In this document: positions 33,759 to 43,072 of the stretch, one piece after another
How positions within the stretch are numbered: position 1 is the stretch's first letter
Layout: each line of letters starts with the position of its first letter
Assembly: GCA_963796965.1 (NCBI GenBank)
Contig: CAWCNS010000004.1
Span: 480,001-544,000 of the forward strand
From: Calditrichia bacterium
Lineage (GTDB): Bacteria; Calditrichota; Calditrichia; JAJRVZ01
DNA length: 64,000 nt
Reading direction: 5' to 3'
Translations under genes and position numbers: made by a program
The notes under the pieces: model-generated
What the model saw: only the letters and a program-made list of their open reading frames with translations
The model's database searches: none
Told to the model about the DNA's origin: nothing

Positions 33759-35555
33759 ATGGTTAAGAGAATTAATCGTTTTTATTTACTAATGGCACTT
33801 GTCATTATAGGGTTGGCATCCTGTTCAGAGGATACAACGTCTGTAAAGAATGTTATGGATGATGTTGTTACCCGTTTCTATCAAACGATGGATCAAAAAG
33901 AACTGTCATCTCTCACAACTGAAAAAATAATGACGTTACTAACGCCAGAAGAAAAACAGATACTGGCCACCCGATTTTGGATGTTTGATGTAAATGTACC
34001 TGTTACGGTTTCTCTCATGCGTCATGTTGATCAGAAAGATATACCTTTCTGGATCGGGGAAAACGGTTTTAAAAAGACTGATTTGATTGTGCGCAATGAG
34101 GAATATACTTATGAGGTTTGGCAGAAAGATTTTAAATCTGGTCGGATAGAATTAGGTATCAATGGTTTTGACAAGCATCGCTCTCATTATTTTGTAGCCA
34201 TTGGACCTAAAAATCCCAAGAATAAAGTAGTCTTAAGTAATTTCTATCCCGCAAACCAGCATATTGAAAAAATGGTTGTCGGCGCCTTTACCTATCATGA
34301 TTGGGATGAATTAGTGTTAATTGAAGTACCCGACGAATTAGAAGATCAGCAGATGCTGACGACAATCCGCGGGCGTGCACGCGAAGCGCACTTGATCCAT
34401 GCTTTTAGAGATACCCCATTCCCCTCATCGGTTAAGCCGGATCAGATCATGCTAACCTGGGGAAAAGATCCACGGACAACTCAATCCATTCAATGGCGAA
34501 CCAATACAAGAGTAACGCAAGGGGCCGTTCGGTTCTGGCCCGTGGGCTCGATAGAGAAAACCGGCTCTAAAGTGATTGCTGCCACGAGCAAATTAATGGA
34601 AGATCGCTTGCTCCAAAATGACCGCTACATTCATCGTTTTACAGCAGAGTTAGAAAACCTCAAGCCCGGTTCAGCCTACAATTATCGTGTCGGTAATCCT
34701 CAGGACTATTCCTGGTCTTCGATTCATGAATTTAGAACAGCACCGGATGGTGATATGCCTTTTTCCTTTGTTTATTTTGGAGATACACATCGTTCACCAC
34801 ATTGGGGAGAATTAATAAATAAGGCCTTTGAACGACATCCGAATACCGCCTTCTACTCTATTGGTGGAGACATCGTTAGCACTGGTTTAAATCGTGATGA
34901 TTGGGATAAGCTCTTTGAGTATTCGAAAAATGTCATCAGCGAAAGACCGCTTATGTCAACATTGGGGAATCATGATAGCCAGGATGGTCTTGGTGTATGG
35001 ATGTATCTGGACCTCTTTGATTTGCCCAAGAATGGCCCTGCTGAACTGGAGCCCGAACGCACCTATAGTTTTGAATATGGAAACGCTCTTTTTCTTATGG
35101 TAGATGCTACAGCCAAGAATGAAATCAATACCCGCTGGCTGGAAAGCCAGTTGTCGGAATCCAAGACCATTTGGAAGTTTGCCATATTTCATTTTCCACC
35201 CTATGTGGCGATCGATGACCATGATACGGATTATAAAGATATTCGCGAACAATGGGGAAGAATTTTTGATAAATACCATGTGGATATGGTTCTCTCCGGC
35301 CATGTTCATCATTATATGCGTTCGAAACCGATATATGATCAGAAAGTCGTATCAAATCCTTCAGATGGGACAATCTATATCATATCCATTGGTATTCCCA
35401 ACCGCGAACATGAAATGCAAAATATGGATTTTGTAGAAAAAGGATATCAGGGTGAGGGACTCTATCAGACTTTTGATATTGATGGGAATAAACTGAGTTA
35501 CCGAAGTTATAATTTGGAAGGCAAAATAATAGACGAAATGAGAATCAATAAATAA
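33759..35555 (+). CDS. Lipoprotein purple-acid-phosphatase-like metallophosphoesterase with FN3-like and extra N-terminal domains
   Basis: LASC lipobox; PDQIMLTW, LKPGSAYNYRVG, FGDTH, GGDIV, GNHD, HFPPY, SGHVH. Confidence 0.88.
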   Translation: MVKRINRFYLLMALVIIGLASCSEDTTSVKNVMDDVVTRFYQTMDQKELSSLTTEKIMTLLTPEEKQILATRFWMFDVNVPVTVSLMRHVDQKDIPFWIGENGFKKTDLIVRNEEYTYEVWQKDFKSGRIELGINGFDKHRSHYFVAIGPKNPKNKVVLSNFYPANQHIEKMVVGAFTYHDWDELVLIEVPDELEDQQMLTTIRGRAREAHLIHAFRDTPFPSSVKPDQIMLTWGKDPRTTQSIQWRTNTRVTQGAVRFWPVGSIEKTGSKVIAATSKLMEDRLLQNDRYIHRFTAELENLKPGSAYNYRVGNPQDYSWSSIHEFRTAPDGDMPFSFVYFGDTHRSPHWGELINKAFERHPNTAFYSIGGDIVSTGLNRDDWDKLFEYSKNVISERPLMSTLGNHDSQDGLGVWMYLDLFDLPKNGPAELEPERTYSFEYGNALFLMVDATAKNEINTRWLESQLSESKTIWKFAIFHFPPYVAIDDHDTDYKDIREQWGRIFDKYHVDMVLSGHVHHYMRSKPIYDQKVVSNPSDGTIYIISIGIPNREHEMQNMDFVEKGYQGEGLYQTFDIDGNKLSYRSYNLEGKIIDEMRINK

Positions 35556-35659
35556 ACTCAATTATGATTTGATTGTATTTATTTCCTCAGGCTAAAACGC
35601 AAAGGCGCAGTATTTTTTTTAAGAAAAAAGATAAAAGAAAAAGGAAAAGAGATTTTTTT

Positions 35660-35722
35660 GTCTTCCCGAGGAAATCTTTCGTGTTGTCTTTTCTTCACGT
35701 GGGAAGATCCCTTCGGGATCAC
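35660..35722. repeat. Degenerate family B-like palindromic element
   Basis: GTCTTCCCGAGGAAATCTT...GGGAAGATCCCTTCGGGATCAC. Confidence 0.5.
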
Positions 35723-35759
35723 TGATTGTGTAAAAGAATGTTGAATTCAACCCTAACTA

Positions 35760-35787
35760 TTGACTTTTGTTATGATAATTGTATTAT
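35760..35787 (+). promoter_or_regulatory. Candidate sigma70-type promoter for the ABC operon
   Basis: TTGACT, 16 nt spacer, TATTAT, ending about 30 nt upstream of the ATG at 35816. The AT-rich context limits confidence. Confidence 0.35.
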
Positions 35788-35815
35788 TGTGTAATTTAAT
35801 TTGAAATGGATATCA

Positions 35816-36961
35816 ATGAACCTACGTCTTATTCAAAAAGAAATATTTCATAGAAAAATAAATTTTCTTCTTTCTGTCCTGGCTATTGTCATAGGGGTGG
35901 CCCTGTTTGTTGCCTTTTATACCATGAGTGAAGCATCTAATAGAGAAACAATTCGCCTAACCCGGGATATGGGATTTAATTTGCGCATTGTACCTAAAGA
36001 AACAAATATGGATAAATTTTGGCATCTTGGATATTCTGAACATACAATGCCACAGGAAAATGTGGTAAAATTTATGTCATTTAAGGAGTTCTCCTTTGCG
36101 CATTTAACGGCAACACTTCATCATAAATTATTATGGCGGGGTATGGATATAGTGCTTACGGGTATCTCAGACGAGCTAGAGCCCTCGGGTAGGGAGAAAA
36201 CACCGATGATCCATATTATTAAACCAGGAGATCTTATCCTCGGGTTTGAAGTTGCCAATAAATTGGATCTCAACCAGGGTGATCGTGTTGATCTGATAGG
36301 AAAAGAATTTATTGTGTCAAAAACGCTATCCGAAAGTGGTAGTATGGATGATATTCGAATGTATGCCAGACTCGAAGAGATTCAGGCGATTCTGGGTATG
36401 GAAGGTCGGGTAAATGAAATCAGGGCGTTGAACTGTCTTTGTCTCACTACCGGAAATGAAGATCCGCTAATCATTCTAAGAGAACAATTGGAACAGGTCC
36501 TGCCCCAATCCAGAATTATCATGGATAAAAATATTGCCATGGCCCGGGAAAGACAACGCCTGATGTTTGAAAAGTATTTTGCATTTATCATTCCATTTGT
36601 TGTCGTCACCTGCGCAATATGGATCGCGGCAATGATCCTGATAAACGTCAGAGATCGAAAACAGGAAATAGGTATACTTCGTGCTTTGGGATATGGAGGA
36701 GGATATATTGCCACACTTTTTCTGGGGAAAGCTGTTTTATTTGGTCTTTTGGGTGCAATCCTTGGATTTTTTATCGGTTCTGCACTTTCATTAATTTACG
36801 GCCCTGATATTTTCCTGGTTACGGCCAGTTCGGTAAAACCGATATATAGTCTATTAGGCTGGTCCATACTGGCAGCCACGGTTTTCTCTGTCACCTCGGC
36901 CTTATTACCAACAATGATTGCAATAACACAGGATCCCGCTCAAACTTTGAGGGGAGAATAA
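35816..36961 (+). CDS. ABC transporter permease, FtsX/MacB/LolE-like
   Basis: N-terminal TM, a periplasmic domain, then RKQEIGILRALG and three TM segments ending in DPAQTLRGE. Confidence 0.9.
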   Translation: MNLRLIQKEIFHRKINFLLSVLAIVIGVALFVAFYTMSEASNRETIRLTRDMGFNLRIVPKETNMDKFWHLGYSEHTMPQENVVKFMSFKEFSFAHLTATLHHKLLWRGMDIVLTGISDELEPSGREKTPMIHIIKPGDLILGFEVANKLDLNQGDRVDLIGKEFIVSKTLSESGSMDDIRMYARLEEIQAILGMEGRVNEIRALNCLCLTTGNEDPLIILREQLEQVLPQSRIIMDKNIAMARERQRLMFEKYFAFIIPFVVVTCAIWIAAMILINVRDRKQEIGILRALGYGGGYIATLFLGKAVLFGLLGAILGFFIGSALSLIYGPDIFLVTASSVKPIYSLLGWSILAATVFSVTSALLPTMIAITQDPAQTLRGE

Positions 36962-36963
36962 AA

Positions 36964-37623
36964 ATGATCAGCATGGAAAAAATTTGCAAAAATTATGACA
37001 AGGGATCTGTCAGAGTTAAGGCATTGGATGACATAAACCTGCAGGTCAAAGAAGGAGAATTTTTGGTCATTCGTGGTCCAAGTGGGAGTGGAAAATCAAC
37101 ATTACTTTTAACCATTGGCGGAATGCTGCATCCTGACAAGGGAGATGTCTCTATTGATCAACAAAATATTTACGCGCTCTCAAACAAAGACCGTGCTAAA
37201 TTCCGTGCAGAGAAAATAGGTTTTGTTTTTCAACTATTTCATTTGCTACCCTATTTGGATTGTTTTGATAATATTTTATTACCGGGTGGTTTAAATAAAA
37301 GAGAATCTTTGAATGATGATGTAAATTCGTTGGTTGAGCGTCTGGGATTAACTAAGCGAACGGATCATAAACCCTCAGAACTAAGTATTGGTGAACGCCA
37401 GCGAACAGCCATTGCAAGAGCTTTACTCAATAATCCAGAGATTATTCTGGCTGATGAACCAACCGGAAATCTCGATCCGGAAAATGCTACAGAGGTTATT
37501 GGATATTTATCGGAATTTCATAAAAATAATGGTACGGTCATTTTGGTCACTCATGGAAATATGGCTGATCAATTTGCAGATCGTATTGTTTATTTAAAAG
37601 AGGGTTGTCTGGAAACGTCTTAG
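36964..37623 (+). CDS. ABC transporter ATP-binding protein, LolD/MacB type
   Basis: GPSGSGKST, GFVFQ, LSIGERQR, ILADEPTGNLD, VTH. Confidence 0.95.
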   Translation: MISMEKICKNYDKGSVRVKALDDINLQVKEGEFLVIRGPSGSGKSTLLLTIGGMLHPDKGDVSIDQQNIYALSNKDRAKFRAEKIGFVFQLFHLLPYLDCFDNILLPGGLNKRESLNDDVNSLVERLGLTKRTDHKPSELSIGERQRTAIARALLNNPEIILADEPTGNLDPENATEVIGYLSEFHKNNGTVILVTHGNMADQFADRIVYLKEGCLETS

Positions 37624-37794
37624 TTTGAATCCATTGTTCCATAAATCTTTTTTTCTTTTTTAAATCTAAACGACCAGAGCTCGTCAAAGCGGAAGAGTGA
37701 GCCCTAAATTTTCTGTGGCTAATAAATTATTTTGGCTAAACTATAAATAAACTTCGTAAGTGGCAATACACATCTCATAATTGAAGGGATAAAT

Positions 37795-40700
37795 ATGTAC
37801 TACTCAATTGTATGTAAAAACAAAAATCGAATGATGAATTCGAGCCGTTTCATCACTGGATTGCTGCTAATCATGGTTGCTATAATCGGGATTCATTGTG
37901 ATAGTGAGCAGAGAACCCAGCACACATCCGGTAATGAAATTTTGGAGAAAATTAATGTGTCTCGTGGCATTTGTGTGTTATTGGATGATAAGAAATGCGA
38001 AGTCGCTTTAGATCTTTTGAAGAAAAGTGAGTTGGTTCTGTTTGTTCAGTTATCACATGATGCTGATGTAGAGATCGCTAGGCAAATTGCTGATTCTGTC
38101 GGATATTATGGGACACGAATATATGTGGAAAAGAATTCAACCGGAAAAATTAATCTGGCCGATAATATTGCAGATGCTGTTATAGGTCCTGGGTAATGAG
38201 AAGTATGATGAACAGGAAGTTCTTAGAGTCTTGCGTCCGAATGGAAGGGGATTGTTAAATCAGAAAGAAATAGTTAAATCTTTTCCCGAGGGAGTAGATG
38301 ACTGGACGCATCCTTATCACGGTCCTGATAACAATACCCAGTCCAAAGACCGTGTCATTAAGGCCCCATACTTAACGCAGTTTCTGGCTGAACCGCATTA
38401 CGGCCCCGTAACCCAGGTTACTGTTGCTTCTAATGGGATCGTATTTAAAGGATTTGGAAATGTTGCATTTCATGAAAGGGAAGAGGAGTTCCTAAATACC
38501 CTGGTGGCGTTTAATGGATATAATGGAACAATGTTGTGGAAACGTGACCTGGTTCCGGGAATTATGCTTCATCGGAATACGATGATTGCATCGCCTCATA
38601 CACTTTATGTTGGCGATGATAAATCCTGCAAGTTAATCGATCCACAGACAGGACGATTGAAAGATGAAATTATTCCGGACGTTGACATGGCCGGCGGTAC
38701 TTTTTGGAAATGGATGGCCTTGGAAGATGATGTACTATTTGCCGTAATCGGAGAGCAGGAGCAAAAAGATCCGGTGATGCGTTGGCGTCGTCAAAAGCAT
38801 GGCTGGCCCTGGACCGGAATTTCCAAAGGATTCAACCAATCTGAACACGACTGGGGATTTGGAAACGATCTGCTTGCTCTTGATTCGGAAAGTGGTGATA
38901 TCCTCTGGCGTCATCATGAAGATGAAGCGATGGATACACGTGCTGTTTGTATGAAGAATGGCAGGATTTATATTTTCAGGTTTGGAACTTATCTGGCCTG
39001 TCTGGATGCAGAATCCGGTGATGAAATCTGGAAAAAGACAATAGAAGATTCTCCGGAATTATTTGAGGCAATCGGAGAATATCTCCCACGGCAAAGTTAC
39101 GATACCAATTGGCGAACGAGAAATTATATTACGGCCGGCGATGATGCCCTCTATTTTGCAGGCCCACAGATTGATAAATTATTAGCTGTTTCAACAGAGG
39201 ATGGCTCTCCACTTTGGAGTGATCCTTTTAATAATTATCAGGTCGTTTTGAGGGAAGATGGACTCTATGCGATCAGTGGACCGTGGGGTCAAAAAGTCAG
39301 TAAAAAATTTGATCCCCTAACCGGTGCTGTTCTGGCCGAGTTACCTACAGGTCGCCGGGCCTGTACGCGGCCAAGCGGATCCGCCGATGCCCTCTTTTTT
39401 CGGGCCAGCGGCGGAACGGTGCGTTTTGATCTGGCCAGCAAGGAACCACAGTGGATATCACCCATGCGTCCATCCTGTCAGGATGGGGTAACTATTGCTA
39501 ATGGACTTTTATACTGGTGGCCCTATGTTTGTGATTGTCAGCTCTCAATTTATGGCGTAACTTCTTTAGCTCCTGCCGGAGATTTTGAGTTTAATAAAAA
39601 TGCCACAATCGCTGACCGCCTGGAAAAAGGATCGGTCGATGTAAATACAGTCCAAACCCTGGTTAACACCTCGGCGGATTGGCCAACCTTCCGCAAAAAT
39701 AATACGGGAAATGTCAAATCCGATGCCATTATTTCAAAAGAGGGGATCCCACGCTGGAAATATCCCGATATACCGGATTATTATTCAGCGACAAATGTAT
39801 TAGGACATGCCCATTACACGGTCCCGACGGCGCCGGTAACGGTTGATGGAATGGTTTATTACGGCAGTTCAGACGGAATTGTTAGAGCGCTGGACGTAAC
39901 ATCTGGAAAAGTACTCTGGAAGGCATATACCGGTGGCGCAATAAAAATTCCGCCTACGGTCTGGCAGGGACATGTATTGGTTGGCTCTGGTGATGGCTAT
40001 GTCTATAATTTGTCGGCCAGAACTGGTGCATTGGTGTGGCGATTCCGTGCAGCCCCGGAAGAAAGAAAGATCCCGGTTTATGGACGGTTACTTTCTACCT
40101 GGCCGGCAGCCAGCGGTATTCTTGTTGAAGATGGTATCGCTTACGTGGCTGCAGGGATCATAAATTATGACGGAACACATGTATATGCCCTTGATGCTAA
40201 AACCGGTGAAATTAAATGGCAGAATAACAGTTCCGGACACCTTTTACCTGAAGCTCGCACTGGTGCCAGTGTGCTTGGCCATATGATTGTGGATAAGAAA
40301 AAACTTTATCTGGCCAGTGGAACGTCTCTATCTCCGGCCATCTATGATCTTGCCACTGGTAAATGTCTCAACGACCCTGAACCCCTGAAAAAAACCGAAT
40401 CCTATGCGCCGCGGGGCTGGGAATTGTATAAAATCGGTGATAACGTAGTTGCCGGGGGAAAACCCTATTATAGCCATCCCCGACACGAGGTGTACGATGT
40501 TACAGTCCAGAACAAGATTTTGCATACCTCTACGGGCAGCCGGGATATTTTGTGGGTCAACCAGAGAAAGGTTATGTGTTATCCGCCAATCAATAAAGCA
40601 ACTTTGAATAAATGTACCACTAATCCCCAATTTACCGGTTATATTGCACCAATATGGGGAAATTTGGATCTTGATAGCGAACCCTATTGGGAATATAATT

Positions 40701-41608
40701 GTGATGGCAGCATGGCCGTGGCCTTATGCAAAAATGCGGTTGTCGTAGCTGAAAAAACAGAAGTGGTCGTTCTGAACCTCCGCGATGGTAAAATAATGTG
40801 GTCCTATCCCCTGGAATATCCACCGGTTCCCTGGGGTCTTACTGTCAGCAGAGATGGAAAGATTGTGGTTGTGCTTGAAGACGGCTCCGTACATTGTTTC
40901 GGCGGTGATCCAACGGTGCCAATTCCCTATGTAAGTTCAGAGAATAATTATTTTGTCGGTTCGGCAAAGGTAACCCTGGCCTGTGATATCAAAGGGACAA
41001 GTATCTATTATACGCTCGACGGCAGTGAGCCAACAAAAAATTCCCCTCGTTATACTGGCCCTTTTCAATTAAATGAATCAAAGACATTAATGATGCGTGC
41101 TTATGCCGGAAACCGTGCCCCCAGTTTTGCTGTCACCGAACAGTTCAGGAAAGTTGAATATGCCCTTGCTCAGCATGCGGGAAATATAAAGCTGGGTATC
41201 TCCTATGATTATTTTATCGGTTCATTTATGAAAGTAGCGGATATGGATAAGAAAAAACCGGTGAAATCCGGGGTTAATGATCGTATAGGATATAAATCCG
41301 GACTGGGCGGAAACGAGTTTGGCTATATTTTTCATGGCTATATTCTTATCCCGGAAGATGATATCTATACATTTTATTTAAGGTCAAACGATGGCAGTAA
41401 ACTATATATCAACAACGAGGAATTGATTGACAATGACGGACCGCATACGTCCATGGAAAAATCTGCCAAGATTGCCCTCAAAGGCGGTGAATATCCAATT
41501 ATGGTTAAATATTTTCAGATGGGTGGGGGAAAAGAATTACGCCTGAGTTGGGAAAGCAAAAATATCGAAAAACAAGAGATAACAGCCGAGGTTCTTTTTC
41601 ATAAATAG
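37795..41608 (+). CDS. Large secreted PQQ-like beta-propeller repeat protein with an N-terminal methyltransferase-like domain and C-terminal Fn3-associated plus PA14 domains; frameshift near 38185
   Basis: ORF 37795 (ADNIADAV) joins EVLRVLRPNG; then DDWTHPYHGPDN, many xGxxxW propeller repeats, DWPTFRKN, IYYTLDGSEP and SNDGSKLYI...DNDGPH. Confidence 0.8.
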
Positions 41609-41644
41609 TTAATAATACCATTCGTCTACTTTAATTATTTTTGG

Positions 41645-41741
41645 GTCATCCTGTTAAGGATCTTCCTTCTTGCAGAAGCAATTTCGACAAGTGGAAAGAT
41701 TCTTTTCCCGAGACGGGATCTCGTTCCGGGACAGAATGACA
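41645..41741. repeat. Palindromic intergenic element, family B
   Basis: GTCATCCTGTTAAGGATCTTCC...GAAAGATTCTTTTCCCGAGACGGGATCTCGTTCCGGGACAGAATGACA. Confidence 0.85.
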
Positions 41742-41784
41742 TCGACCAGCTCTTTTTGGTTCAGAATACAACTGAAAGAAAAAT

Positions 41785-42975
41785 ATGCATCTAAATATAT
41801 TTCGATTTTTCATCTTTTCTATACTGATACTATTTCAGGCCCAAACCGTACTTGCCTGTCGGTTCAATGTGCGTGAGACGGGATTTGTCGATTTGGGGGA
41901 TGAACGGTATTTTCTTGTCAGCTATGTTGATGATCAGACGCCAGACGATATCATTAATAGCTTTGGTGAGATATCAAAACAGATCTTGCGCGATAGTAAT
42001 ATTGAATTCACTCTCGTCAATGTCAGTAAGAATAAGGATCATCCAGCTCTTCAATACCTGCGCAAAAGTGAAAAAAACAAATTCCCGCAATTGATTCTGA
42101 TTTCCCAGGAAGGTCAGTCCCTAAATCTAGAAATAGAAACAACAAAACAGGTATTTGAAAAATCATTGAAAGAAAAACTTACGAGCCTCTTGTCCTCGCC
42201 TTTTCGAGAAAAATTACAGGATCAGCTCATCGATAATTATGGCGTTGTTCTGGTCATTGAAGGCAGTGATAACAAAGCAAATGAGAAGGCGCGTTTTGAG
42301 GCTCAGACCGCAGTGAAGAAGGTGACAAAAAAAATGGATCTGATGCCAAAAGCCATAAAAGGATCCCCACAGTTAATGGTGGTTAACTATAAGGATCATA
42401 AAGAAGAAGCCCTACTGTTTTGGATTCTGGGTCTTGCGCCTCGTCAAATGAACAAGACCCATGCGGTCATATTTTATGGAAGATCTCGTTGGCTCGGTCC
42501 TTTATTCCGTGGTGAAGAAATTACCACAGCTAATCTTAGTGAGATTCTTTTTGTCGTCGGCGCTGACTGTGAATGTGGTTTAGATAAAAACTGGCTTCGG
42601 GGGACAACGCTACCCATGATTTGGGATAAAAAAGCCCAGGCTAAAATTTCTGAGAACCTTGGATTTGATCCGGAAAACCCGATGATTAAAATTGAAGTAA
42701 GCCGGATAATGAGAACCGAGCATTTCCGGCCTTCAAATGATATTCCTGCACCAGATGTTCATACCCGCGCAGATTCAACAGATATGCCCCGCAAGGGTAT
42801 TGGCTATGACAATGAAAATGCAGCAAAAACTGATATTACCGTCGATGCAGATTCATCTCACCAAATGGACGGATCTCTTTTGTCCACATCAGTTATTGTA
42901 ACGGTCGGAATTCTTGCCCTGCTTTTTATTGTGGGAAGTATCATCATTTTTCGCCGATCAAAAAATAATACTTAG
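41785..42975 (+). CDS. Hypothetical exported protein with a C-terminal membrane anchor
   Basis: Signal peptide then CRFNVRE; FYGRSRWLGP and DCECG; C-terminal TM followed by RRSK. Confidence 0.75.
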   Translation: MHLNIFRFFIFSILILFQAQTVLACRFNVRETGFVDLGDERYFLVSYVDDQTPDDIINSFGEISKQILRDSNIEFTLVNVSKNKDHPALQYLRKSEKNKFPQLILISQEGQSLNLEIETTKQVFEKSLKEKLTSLLSSPFREKLQDQLIDNYGVVLVIEGSDNKANEKARFEAQTAVKKVTKKMDLMPKAIKGSPQLMVVNYKDHKEEALLFWILGLAPRQMNKTHAVIFYGRSRWLGPLFRGEEITTANLSEILFVVGADCECGLDKNWLRGTTLPMIWDKKAQAKISENLGFDPENPMIKIEVSRIMRTEHFRPSNDIPAPDVHTRADSTDMPRKGIGYDNENAAKTDITVDADSSHQMDGSLLSTSVIVTVGILALLFIVGSIIIFRRSKNNT

Positions 42976-42990
42976 GATATAGCGTCGCTA

Positions 42991-43041
42991 CCCAAACCTA
43001 TTTGGATCAAAAAAGTAAACTTCTTTTTATCTAAGTTTGGG
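42991..43041. other. Imperfect intergenic hairpin
   Basis: CCCAAAC...GTTTGGG outer stem with an AAAAAG/CTTTTT inner stem. Confidence 0.4.
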
Positions 43042-43072
43042 TTCATAATATATATCAAAGGGAATAAAAGTT

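Noticed and set aside
35816..37623. lolC/lolE/lolD or macB gene symbols
   Set aside because: The family fits, but there is a single divergent permease with no MacA or TolC partner, so orthology cannot be supported.
41670..41876. 68-aa ORF overlapping the start of 41785
   Set aside because: It arises from the family B repeat and overlaps a better gene in another frame.
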